Positions 27,343 through 37,114 of a stretch of 64,000 nucleotides of DNA are shown piece by piece. The first letter of the stretch is position 1. Every line of letters begins with the position of its first letter. This DNA comes from Nitrospirota bacterium (lineage in GTDB: Bacteria > Nitrospirota > Thermodesulfovibrionia > Thermodesulfovibrionales > JdFR-86): assembly GCA_016207905.1 (NCBI GenBank), contig JACQZC010000055.1, forward strand, positions 5,998 through 69,997, in the 5' to 3' direction. The notes beneath the pieces are model-generated. The model made no database searches. It had not been told where the DNA came from and saw only the letters and a list, made by a program, of their open reading frames with translations. Made by a program: the position numbers and the translations under genes.

Positions 27343-27682
27343 CCTTATGGAAGTAGTAATTGCCCTTGTCATACTCGGCATAGGGATTACTGCACTTATG
27401 CAGTTTTACAGCCAGAGCCTAAGAACCACAAAGAGGTCTTCGGACTACTCAACTGCACTCATTCATGCTCGCTCTTATCTGGATGAGGCATATTCCTTTA
27501 AAGAGGTCTCTCTGTCTCAAGAATCGTTTGAGCTTAAGGATGGCTTCAGGGTGAAAAGGTCTGTAAGCCTCTTAAGCAAAGTGGAGGGGATAAAGACCTA
27601 TGAGATTTTAGTCACTGTGTCATGGCCTCCATCAGGCAGATTTACGATAAAAGGCATAAGGACCTTCTATGAGAGTCAGTAA
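27320..27682 (+). CDS. Prepilin-type pseudopilin (GspI-like)
   Basis: It has the motif KGFSLMEVVIALVILGI. The likely start is TTG 27320 (MQRSKG/FSLMEV), since the ORF-track TTG at 27296 gives an atypically long leader. Confidence 0.65.
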   Translation: MQRSKGFSLMEVVIALVILGIGITALMQFYSQSLRTTKRSSDYSTALIHARSYLDEAYSFKEVSLSQESFELKDGFRVKRSVSLLSKVEGIKTYEILVTVSWPPSGRFTIKGIRTFYESQ

Positions 27683-28307
27683 GGGAAAAGGCTTTACACT
27701 CATAGAGATTGTAATTGCCATGACCCTTTCTGTCTTGCTCTTTATGATTGTTTTTTCGGCATTGAGGCTTGGTGAGAAGTCTCAGGAAAAGGGCATAGAG
27801 AGAGAGGACATCTCCCAGAGAATGCGAATTATATCAGACAGGATCTCATGGCTCATAAAGGGCGCATACCCTTATATCGTAAAAAAGCAGGATGAAACCG
27901 TCCTTTACTTCTCAGGGACCTCCTCAAGCCTCGGACTCGTTACAACTTCCGTAGATACATACTCAGAGAAACCGCAAGATTTAGGAGGACTTAAATGGAT
28001 AAAAATCCTCAGGGACGAGGATGGACTTAAGATTAAAGAGAATGTCTTTATCAGCGAAGATAACCTCGATGGCACAGGGGGGGAGGAATATGTGTTTGAC
28101 CCTTATGTCAGCAGTATTGGATTTGAATACCTTGACACAGTCAATGAGGGTGACAAAGGCACATGGAGCAATAACTGGTCAAAAGAAAAAGACTATCTGC
28201 CCTCTTTGGTGAAAATAAAAATCGTCCTCGAGCATGAAGGCAAAAAGGTCGAAATGCCACCTATCGTTACGCGCATAATGGCAGGTGGTGCGGAATCCTT
28301 AAAATAG
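27669..28307 (+). CDS. Prepilin-type pseudopilin (GspJ-like)
   Basis: It has the motif KGFTLIEIVIAMTLS and is 212 aa long. Confidence 0.65.
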   Translation: MRVSKGKGFTLIEIVIAMTLSVLLFMIVFSALRLGEKSQEKGIEREDISQRMRIISDRISWLIKGAYPYIVKKQDETVLYFSGTSSSLGLVTTSVDTYSEKPQDLGGLKWIKILRDEDGLKIKENVFISEDNLDGTGGEEYVFDPYVSSIGFEYLDTVNEGDKGTWSNNWSKEKDYLPSLVKIKIVLEHEGKKVEMPPIVTRIMAGGAESLK

Positions 28308-28325
28308 CCTGCAAATGGCTAAAAA

Positions 28326-29144
28326 ATGACTCAGTTAAGGAATATAAAGCTTATTCTTCACTATGATGGAACAAACTACAGTGGCTGGCAAACCCAGAGG
28401 CTCACTGTTTCACCCACCATACAGGGAGTCATAGAAGGCAGGATTGCCTCCATTACAGGTGGCACATCCACACTTATTGCCGCAGGAAGGACCGATAAAG
28501 GGGTTCATAGTCTTGGACAGGTTGCTTCTTTTAAGACACACTCTAATTTGCCAGCAAAGACCATTAAGAGAGCACTCAATGCAACACTTCCAGAGGACAT
28601 TAGGGTTATCAGTGTATCGGATGTGCCTCTTACCTTTCATCCAAGATACAGTGCCCTTAGCAAAACTTACATCTACATCATAAATTCAGAAGAGGCGCCA
28701 CTGTTTTTAAGAAGATTCTTCTGGAGGGTTCCTTTTGAACTTAATCTCGATGATATGCAGAAGGCAGGAGAGTTTCTTAAAGGAGAGCATGATTTTTCAG
28801 CTTTTAGAGGCTCTGGCTGTTCCTCAAAAAATACCATAAGGAATATCCTGAGCCTCGATATTAAGCCTTCCGACAGGCTGGATTTTCTTACATGGTCTTT
28901 TCACGGAAGACTCATAAAGATAACGATTACTGCAAATGCCTTTTTAAGGCATATGGTAAGAAACATTATTGGCACACTCGTTGAAGTAGGCAGGGGGATG
29001 ATGTCTGTGGAGCTGAGGGAGGTTATTGCCTCAAAAGACAGACGGCTTGCAGGTCCTACTGCACCTCCACAGGGTTTGTTCTTAGAAAAAGTAGACTATG
29101 CCCCTGATTTCTCGACAGACGCAAGCATCTCGTTTTTTTCCTGA
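28326..29144 (+). CDS. truA: tRNA pseudouridine(38-40) synthase TruA
   Basis: Motifs YDGTNYSGWQ, AGRTDKGVHS and FLRHMVRNIIG are present. Confidence 0.9.
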   Translation: MTQLRNIKLILHYDGTNYSGWQTQRLTVSPTIQGVIEGRIASITGGTSTLIAAGRTDKGVHSLGQVASFKTHSNLPAKTIKRALNATLPEDIRVISVSDVPLTFHPRYSALSKTYIYIINSEEAPLFLRRFFWRVPFELNLDDMQKAGEFLKGEHDFSAFRGSGCSSKNTIRNILSLDIKPSDRLDFLTWSFHGRLIKITITANAFLRHMVRNIIGTLVEVGRGMMSVELREVIASKDRRLAGPTAPPQGLFLEKVDYAPDFSTDASISFFS

Positions 29145-29689
29145 CAGTCCCTACAGTATATTGCAAACGGAAGTATCTTAAGCCTTTCAGGTGCTATCTC
29201 GTCTGCACAGTCCTCGCATATACCATAAGTGCCCTCTCTCAGCTTTCTCAATGCCTCATCTATCTTGAGAAGGGTCTCTCTGTGTGTGGAGAGCTTTCTC
29301 AGACTTACATCCTCTGAAAGGTCAATCACTGACCAGTCCCCATCATCCAATGCGGTCTCAACGAGCTGTCTGTTTTCGCCTGTTATGTAGTTTTTTATCT
29401 CGGACTTTGCCTCTCTGACAATCGTCTCGCGCTTCTGGATAAGGGCTCTTCTAAGAGCCTCTTTTTTCTCTTCATCTGCCTGCTTAACCGAGAGAGCCCT
29501 TGGTTTCTTTTTCAGTGGAAGGCTCTTTGCCTTTTGAGGAACCTTTTTTTTCTGAGCAGTCTTACCTTTCTTAGGTGTTTTTGACACCTTCTTTTTAGAG
29601 GGTAGTTTCTTTATAGGCTTCTTGCCTTCCGATTTCTTTTTAGCAGTCTTTCCCTTTTTAGGTTTTTTTGAAACCTTTTTTGCTGGCAT
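29096..29689 (-). CDS. DksA/TraR-family C4 zinc-finger protein with a lysine-rich histone-H1-like N-terminal extension
   Basis: The C-terminus has CEDC...CRDC. The N-terminal 75 aa contains two copies of VSK(K/T)PKKGKTA(K/Q)KK. Confidence 0.8.
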   Translation of the reverse strand: MPAKKVSKKPKKGKTAKKKSEGKKPIKKLPSKKKVSKTPKKGKTAQKKKVPQKAKSLPLKKKPRALSVKQADEEKKEALRRALIQKRETIVREAKSEIKNYITGENRQLVETALDDGDWSVIDLSEDVSLRKLSTHRETLLKIDEALRKLREGTYGICEDCADEIAPERLKILPFAIYCRDCQEKNEMLASVEKSGA

Positions 29690-29836
29690 TTATTTCTCCT
29701 CTTTTGCCTCTTCTTCTTTTTTACCTTCCTTATAGACCTCCTGAAGGCTCCTAACCTTAATGCCTGCTTGTGTGAGTGCCTTCTGAATATCAGCTAATTT
29801 TGCATCTTCAACCTTCAGAACATAATTAATGTTCAT
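29690..29836 (-). CDS. Small ORF, 48 aa (MNINYVLKVEDAKLADIQKALTQAGIKVRSLQEVYKEGKKEEEAKEEK)
   Basis: A GGAGGTG SD overlaps the frr stop, and its own stop abuts the dksA-like start (TAAATG). Confidence 0.45.
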   Translation of the reverse strand: MNINYVLKVEDAKLADIQKALTQAGIKVRSLQEVYKEGKKEEEAKEEK

Positions 29837-29837
29837 A

Positions 29838-31692
<1,855 letters not shown>

Positions 31693-31696
<4 letters not shown>

Positions 31697-32475
31697 TGTC
31701 CTACATCCCCTGTGCCCTCGGATGTCTCCGCAGTCTCTGTGGTAGGGACCTCTGCTACTTTTTCCTGGGCTATTGCCTCCTCCTCTTTTTTAAGGCTGAT
31801 TTCCCTGCCCTCGATGATAGCATTTGCCATTTTTGATGCGATGAGTGCTACTGCCCTTATGGCATCGTCATTGCCGGGGATAACATGGTCTACCTCGTCA
31901 GGGTCACAGTTTGTATCGACGATTGCCACTATTGGGATTGAGAGCTTTCTTGCCTCGGCAATAGCTATCTGTTCTTTCTTTGGGTCAACTATGAAAACCG
32001 CACCTGGCAGCTGAGTCATATCCTTTATGCCGCTCAGGTTTTTTTCGAGCTTCTGCCGCTCCTTCTCATATGAGGAAACCTCTTTTTTTGTCAGAAGCTC
32101 GTATGTCCCATCTTCTTTCATCTTTTGGATTTTCTTGAGCCTTTCTATGGACTTCTTTATTGTCAAGAAGTTCGTGAGCATACCGCCAAGCCATCTCTGA
32201 TTTACGAAATAAGCACCTGCCCTTATAGCCTCTGTCTCGATGGCATCCTGCGCCTGCTTTTTTGTGCCGACAAAAAGTATAGGCACATTCTTGCTTGCCA
32301 CTACCTTAACAAAATTGTATGCATCCTCAAGCCCCTTCATGGTCTTCTGAAGGTCTATGATATAGATGCCGTTTCTTTCTCCGAAGATATACCGCTTCAT
32401 CTTCGGATTCCATCTTTTCACTTGGTGGCCAAAATGCACACCTGCCTCAAGTAGCTCCTTCATCGTTGCAACCAT
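31693..32475 (-). CDS. rpsB: 30S ribosomal protein S2
   Basis: It begins [22 protein letters not shown] and is preceded by the SD AAGGAGGA. Confidence 0.95.
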
Positions 32476-32508
32476 ACTATATCCTCCTTCTGGTTTTTCC
32501 TCCGCCTT

Positions 32509-32544
32509 CCCTCCTTACACCCAATACAGGACCAATAAGGAGGG
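32509..32544 (-). promoter_or_regulatory. rpsB 5'-UTR hairpin pairing a 16S-3'-end-like CCCUCCUUA with a decoy SD UAAGGAGGG
   Basis: A 9-bp perfect stem with an 18-nt loop on the mRNA strand, about 34 nt upstream of the start. The functional SD lies separately at 32481-32489. Confidence 0.45.
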
Positions 32545-32585
32545 TTTCTTCAGGCGTGTGGTTTTAACAACCCCTTAAGAGGTGA

Positions 32586-32614
32586 AGTCTATCATAAAAA
32601 ACCTTTTTTTTCAA
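32586..32614 (-). promoter_or_regulatory. Putative rpsB-tsf promoter (TTGAAA-17-TAGACT)
   Basis: On the minus strand the -35 box is at 32609-32614 and the -10 box at 32586-32591, with a 17-nt spacer. Confidence 0.5.
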
Positions 32615-32622
32615 GAGGTGCC

Positions 32623-32637
32623 TGCAGGGGGGAATCC
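32623..32637 (+). repeat. Left copy of the 15-bp direct repeat TGCAGGGGGGAATCC flanking the GC-rich island
   Basis: It exactly matches 35392-35406 and lies 50 nt beyond the stop of the HD-GYP gene. Confidence 0.8.
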
Positions 32638-32686
32638 CCAAATCTGCCGATAGGATTTAGTAGGTCGTCTTTTAAGACCCTAACGA

Positions 32687-35356
32687 TTAGTTTCCATTTA
32701 GCATTCTGAGAAACATCTCAACCACTTTTGGGTCGAACTCCTTGCCGGCAAGCGACTTTATGTACTCCAGCGCCTTCTCCGCAGTCCACGCGGGGCGGTA
32801 GGGCCTGTCGGAGCGCAGGGCGTCCCATACGTCCACGACCGAGAATATCCGCGCCTGAAGGGGTATCTCCTCGCCCATGAACCCGTGGGGGTATCCAGTT
32901 CCGTCCCATTTCTCGTGATGGCAGTAAGGTATGTCCATTGCCGGACGGAGAAAGGCAATAGGGGAGAGTATCTTGTGGGCTATGACCGGGTGGTTCTTCA
33001 TTATCTCCCACTCCTCGACGGTCAGCTTCCCCGGCTTGAGCAGTATGCTGTCAGGTATGCCGAGCTTTCCTATGTCGTGGAGGAGCGCGCCGCGCCTCAC
33101 TTGCACCAATTCTTCATCGCTCATTCCCATCGCCGCCGAGATGCTCACGGTCATCTCGGTAACGCGCCGGGAGTGTCCTTCCGTCTCCTTGTCCCGGTAG
33201 TCGAGCGCCCTTGCCAAACCCTCTATGGTTGCATCGTAGGCAATCACAAGCTCGTCGCGTGAGCGCTGAAGCTCGGTCAGTATCACAGAGTTGTCCACGG
33301 CTATCGCCGCCTGACCGGCAAGGGAGGCCAAAAACTCAAGCCAGTCCGGGTCGAGCTTCAATTGAGACTTATGATATATTTCAAGCACTCCCCTGACCGC
33401 TCCCTTGGCTACGAGGGGCAAGCCTATGTAGAAGTCGAAGCCCTCCACGGCCCTAAAGGCGCGGAGCCTCTCGTCTTCGACGCCGGTCAGGCTGGTCAAT
33501 ATAATCTGCCTGCGCTCAAGGGCGACCTTGCCAGCATACCCTTCGCCGAGATGCTGGGACACCATGGAGGCGGCACGAGTCGCAAAGCCCCGCCCGGCAA
33601 CATGTTCGAGCATCTGTGAGTGCAGGTTCAGGAGAAGCACATCCGCGGCGTCCACCCCCAACTTTACGACTATGTGGTCGAGCAGGATATTGAGGGTCAC
33701 CCTGAGGTCGAAACTCGAGCTTATAGCCAAGTCTATGTCCCTCAGAGCGGTAAGGCGCTCGAGACTGCGCCTCTCCCTCTTCTCAGCCGCCCGCTTTCCC
33801 TCATGCGCCCAGATGGCGATTATGCCGTTGGCAAGGTCGTTTGAAAGTTCCGTAAGAAGCGTAATCTCCTCCTTGTCGAAGGCATCCGGCTCCGGGGCGT
33901 ATATGGAGAGGGCGCCGAAGACTTTCAAGCCGTCCTTGAGAGGCAGGGCTATGGACGAGGCGTACCCGCGCTGGAGCGCCCCTTCCCTCCAAGGGGCCAT
34001 TATCGGGTTGGTCGCTATATTGCTGACGAAAACCGGCCTTCCCGTCCTTACGGCCGTGCCGGTCGGCCCCCGGCCGTATTCCGTATCCGCATACGTGATG
34101 TGCGCCGCATCGAGGTAACCCTCCACTGCCCCGGCCCACGCCGCCGGGCGCACGGACTTCTCCTCGTCGTCCATGGCGTATCCCACCCATGCCATCCTAT
34201 ATCCGCTGCACTCGACTAAAACCCTGCATATCTCTCTGAGCAACGGATATTCTTCTTTTTCCCTGACGAGGGCCTGGTCGCAAATCCTTATGGTCTCAAG
34301 CGCCCTGTTCATTCTCATCAAGTCTGCCTCGTTCTGCTTTATCTCAGTGATGTCCCTTGCCGAGTAGACTGAGCCGACGAGTGTGCCGGTTTCATCATAA
34401 ATAGGGGAGACGTTGACAAAGAAGAAGCCGCCTAAGCGTTCTTCAAAAACCTCCGCAGTGTGCGGCTTGCCATCCGCAAGGAGTTTCTTGTGGGGACACT
34501 GGGGCGGAGGCTCCTTTGTGCCATGGACGTGCTCGTAACAGGTCATGCCCACCACCTCGGCAGGCGTAACCCCTAACGCATCGGCCATTGCCTTGTTCGC
34601 CCTTGTTATGTGGAAATCCCTGTCAAGTATCATTATGGGGTCTGTTATGGTATCGAAAGTCCTCTCCCACTCCTCCTTTGCCTTGATTATCTTCTCCTCG
34701 GCCCGCTTGTGCTCGGTGATGTCAAGGAAGCTGCCTATGACCGCAGGCCTTTCAAGGTATATTGTTCGAGAGCCATAGACCTCAACGTTTATGACCTGCC
34801 CGTCCTTCCTCACACACCGGAACTCATAGCGGACAGATTCCACCACGCCCGAAATCCGCCGCCTCAGATTCTCCTCAACAATAGGCCAGTCCTCCGGATG
34901 GACGACGTCCTTAGGCCCCATCCCCCCCGTCATCTCCTTAACCGAGTAGCCGAGCATCTCTGATAGTACAGGGTTCACATACTTGAAAACGTAGTCCTGA
35001 ATTATATAAACGCCAACGAGCGATTTTTCGGTGAGGGACTTGAACTTCTCCTCGGAAATCTTGATGGAGAGGAAAAAAGGCTTTATCTTCCTGAGGCCGA
35101 AGAAGAGCAATGAGGAGAATCCGAGGGCTACAAGCTCTGCAAGCAGGTCAGGATAAATTCCGTACAAAAATATGTTCGCGAGGACTATGACCCTCCTTAT
35201 AACGGCAAAGGGAATGGCCACTGCGATTAATATCCAGCCAATGGATCTCTCGGTTACGCGGATGAGCCTGAAGGACAAATAAGCCGCCGCCACCTGAAAG
35301 GCGAGCGAGAGTGCGACAACGGACGAAATGAAAACAATCTTCAACTCCACATGCAA
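32687..35356 (-). CDS. Membrane-anchored PAS-PAS-GAF-GAF-HD-GYP signalling protein (putative c-di-GMP phosphodiesterase), 889 aa
   Basis: The C-terminal HD-GYP motifs are HDIGK and HHEKWDGTGYP. PAS- and GAF-like regions lie upstream, with N-terminal TM helices. The start is TTG 35356 (or GTG 35350). Confidence 0.9.
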   Translation of the reverse strand: MHVELKIVFISSVVALSLAFQVAAAYLSFRLIRVTERSIGWILIAVAIPFAVIRRVIVLANIFLYGIYPDLLAELVALGFSSLLFFGLRKIKPFFLSIKISEEKFKSLTEKSLVGVYIIQDYVFKYVNPVLSEMLGYSVKEMTGGMGPKDVVHPEDWPIVEENLRRRISGVVESVRYEFRCVRKDGQVINVEVYGSRTIYLERPAVIGSFLDITEHKRAEEKIIKAKEEWERTFDTITDPIMILDRDFHITRANKAMADALGVTPAEVVGMTCYEHVHGTKEPPPQCPHKKLLADGKPHTAEVFEERLGGFFFVNVSPIYDETGTLVGSVYSARDITEIKQNEADLMRMNRALETIRICDQALVREKEEYPLLREICRVLVECSGYRMAWVGYAMDDEEKSVRPAAWAGAVEGYLDAAHITYADTEYGRGPTGTAVRTGRPVFVSNIATNPIMAPWREGALQRGYASSIALPLKDGLKVFGALSIYAPEPDAFDKEEITLLTELSNDLANGIIAIWAHEGKRAAEKRERRSLERLTALRDIDLAISSSFDLRVTLNILLDHIVVKLGVDAADVLLLNLHSQMLEHVAGRGFATRAASMVSQHLGEGYAGKVALERRQIILTSLTGVEDERLRAFRAVEGFDFYIGLPLVAKGAVRGVLEIYHKSQLKLDPDWLEFLASLAGQAAIAVDNSVILTELQRSRDELVIAYDATIEGLARALDYRDKETEGHSRRVTEMTVSISAAMGMSDEELVQVRRGALLHDIGKLGIPDSILLKPGKLTVEEWEIMKNHPVIAHKILSPIAFLRPAMDIPYCHHEKWDGTGYPHGFMGEEIPLQARIFSVVDVWDALRSDRPYRPAWTAEKALEYIKSLAGKEFDPKVVEMFLRMLNGN

Positions 35357-35391
35357 ATGGTATCACAACCGTATGCACTTGTGCAAAACAG

Positions 35392-35406
35392 TGCAGGGGG
35401 GAATCC
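35392..35406 (+). repeat. Right copy of the 15-bp direct repeat TGCAGGGGGGAATCC
   Basis: It exactly matches 32623-32637 and lies 36 nt upstream of the HD-GYP gene start. Confidence 0.8.
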
Positions 35407-35435
35407 AGCGTATAGGGTGTGTATGGGTTCGAGAA

Positions 35436-35465
35436 TTGACCCTGCCTTAGCCTTTCGGTTAAGAT
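35436..35465 (+). promoter_or_regulatory. Putative promoter giving a leaderless transcript for the 35472 gene
   Basis: TTGACC (35436-35441), 18 nt spacer, TAAGAT (35460-35465). The ATG at 35472 is 6 nt after the -10 box and there is no SD. Confidence 0.4.
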
Positions 35466-35471
35466 TTCTCT

Positions 35472-36479
35472 ATGGAGATTAAGCCATTTTCAACAACAGG
35501 CATTGGAAGCCTTCCCCATACAGACCCTCTAAAGGCTGTAAGGGTTGTCCTTGAGACATTTGACATACCATTCTGGCCACAGATGACAAGGCTCTCATTC
35601 AAGGAAGGCATGATTGCCCAGTATTCTGAGGGAATGCCTTTTATAAAGGTAGATTCAGAGCAAGGCTCTATATGGATAGACAAAGACAATCCTCAGGGTC
35701 TTGAGAGGTTTTATGAGACTTACACAGATGAAACACTTATTTCAATCTCAGAGGACTATGCAAAGGGGCTTTATGCCTTCCTTAACTTGATAAGAGAAAG
35801 GCAGTTTGAGTTTCTCAAGTGCCATGTGACAGGTCCTCTTACATTCACTTTAGGACTTAAGGACAAAACAGGTGTGCCTGTTTATTATGACGAGGAGCTA
35901 AGGGAGATTTCCCTTATGCTCCTTAAAGCAAAAATCAGGTGGCAGATTGAGACATTCAAAGTAAACGCAAAAGGCGTTATAATGTTCATAGATGAGCCAA
36001 TCCTTTCTGCATTGGGAAGCACTGCTTATATTGGGGTAAAAGAAGATGAGGCACTTAGACTTCTTAAGGAGACCTCGGATGCCATCTGGAAAGCAGGTGG
36101 AATCCCTGGGATTCACTGTTGTGGAAGGGCAGACTGGCCACTGGTTACGAAGGCAGGCGTAAGGATATTAAACTTTGATGCCTATGGATATGCAGACACA
36201 CTGATGATATATCCAGAGGAGATAAGGAGTTTTATGGAGCAGGGCGGAATACTTGCATGGGGAATTGTGCCAACGACAGAGGCAATAAGGCGGGAGACAG
36301 ATACCTCCATAAGGAGGCGGTTTCTTGAGGCATTAGATAGATTTTCAAAGCACATACCCATTGAGAGCCTGCGTAAAAACATTATCCTTACACCCTCATG
36401 CGGAACAGGCTCTTTAAGCATCCCCGAGGCACTGAAGGTCTTTCAACTGCTTGCGAGGCTTAAGGAGGATGTGTCATGA
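35472..36479 (+). CDS. MetE-like / URO-D-superfamily protein (possible short 'core' cobalamin-independent-type methionine synthase)
   Basis: 335 aa. The N-terminus TTGIGSLPHTDPLKAV...FWPQ resembles the Meth_synt_2-like family, but the assignment is tentative. Confidence 0.5.
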   Translation: MEIKPFSTTGIGSLPHTDPLKAVRVVLETFDIPFWPQMTRLSFKEGMIAQYSEGMPFIKVDSEQGSIWIDKDNPQGLERFYETYTDETLISISEDYAKGLYAFLNLIRERQFEFLKCHVTGPLTFTLGLKDKTGVPVYYDEELREISLMLLKAKIRWQIETFKVNAKGVIMFIDEPILSALGSTAYIGVKEDEALRLLKETSDAIWKAGGIPGIHCCGRADWPLVTKAGVRILNFDAYGYADTLMIYPEEIRSFMEQGGILAWGIVPTTEAIRRETDTSIRRRFLEALDRFSKHIPIESLRKNIILTPSCGTGSLSIPEALKVFQLLARLKEDVS

Positions 36480-37114
36480 CAAGAGGAATATTTATATCGT
36501 TTGAGGGCATAGAAGGCACTGGGAAAACAACACAAGTTGTGCTCATTAAAGAGTATCTCGAAAAAAAAAGGCACACTGTTATAATTTCCAAAGAGCCGGG
36601 TGGAACAGCCATAAGCGAAAGAATCAGAGAGATTCTTCTTTCCACAGAGCACAAAGAGATGGATAGCCTCACAGAGCTTTTCCTTTATTTTGCCTCTCGA
36701 AGACAGCACATAAAGGAGCTTATTGTCCCTTCTTTAGAGGCAGGCAAGATAGTAATCACAGACAGGTTTTCCGATTCCACAAAGGCATATCAGGGATATG
36801 CGAGGGGCATAGATGTGGGCTTTATAGATACCCTTAACAAAGCAGTCACAGGCGGGCTCATGCCTGACCTGACAGTGCTTCTCGATACAGATGTAGAGAC
36901 AGGGCTGAAACGGAACATGGGAATTAACAAACTCGACAGGCTCGAGCTTGAGGATATAGAGTTCCATAAAAGGGTAAGAGAGGGCTATCTCCTTTTAGCC
37001 AAAAAAGAGCCTAATAGGATAAAGGTCGTAGATGCAGGATTAACTGTTGAAAAGATACATGACAGGGTAGTTGAGATAGTAGAGAAATACCTTATGAGGG
37101 GTCAGAGTCGCTGA
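36476..37114 (+). CDS. tmk: Thymidylate kinase
   Basis: P-loop FISFEGIEGTGKTTQ and a DRF-type motif, with an ATGA overlap with the upstream gene. Confidence 0.95.
   Translation: MTRGIFISFEGIEGTGKTTQVVLIKEYLEKKRHTVIISKEPGGTAISERIREILLSTEHKEMDSLTELFLYFASRRQHIKELIVPSLEAGKIVITDRFSDSTKAYQGYARGIDVGFIDTLNKAVTGGLMPDLTVLLDTDVETGLKRNMGINKLDRLELEDIEFHKRVREGYLLLAKKEPNRIKVVDAGLTVEKIHDRVVEIVEKYLMRGQSR

Noticed and set aside
26748-27381. 177-aa and 104-aa - strand ORFs across the gspF/gspH junction.
   Set aside because: They are antisense to genes with clear GspF and prepilin motifs, and they have no supporting signals.
29096-29144. A 49-nt convergent overlap of the truA and dksA-like 3' ends, considered as a possible antisense regulatory arrangement or mis-called stop.
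   Set aside because: Both reading frames are well supported up to their conserved domains. The overlap involves only non-conserved tails, and there is no evidence for anything beyond tight packing.
32718-35378. Many overlapping ORFs on both strands within the HD-GYP gene (for example 33528..34118 at 196 aa and 33801..34190 at 129 aa).
   Set aside because: They are an artefact of locally high GC, which leaves few stop codons. Their translations are Arg/Pro/Gly-rich nonsense, while the - strand 889-aa frame has clear PAS/GAF/HD-GYP motifs.
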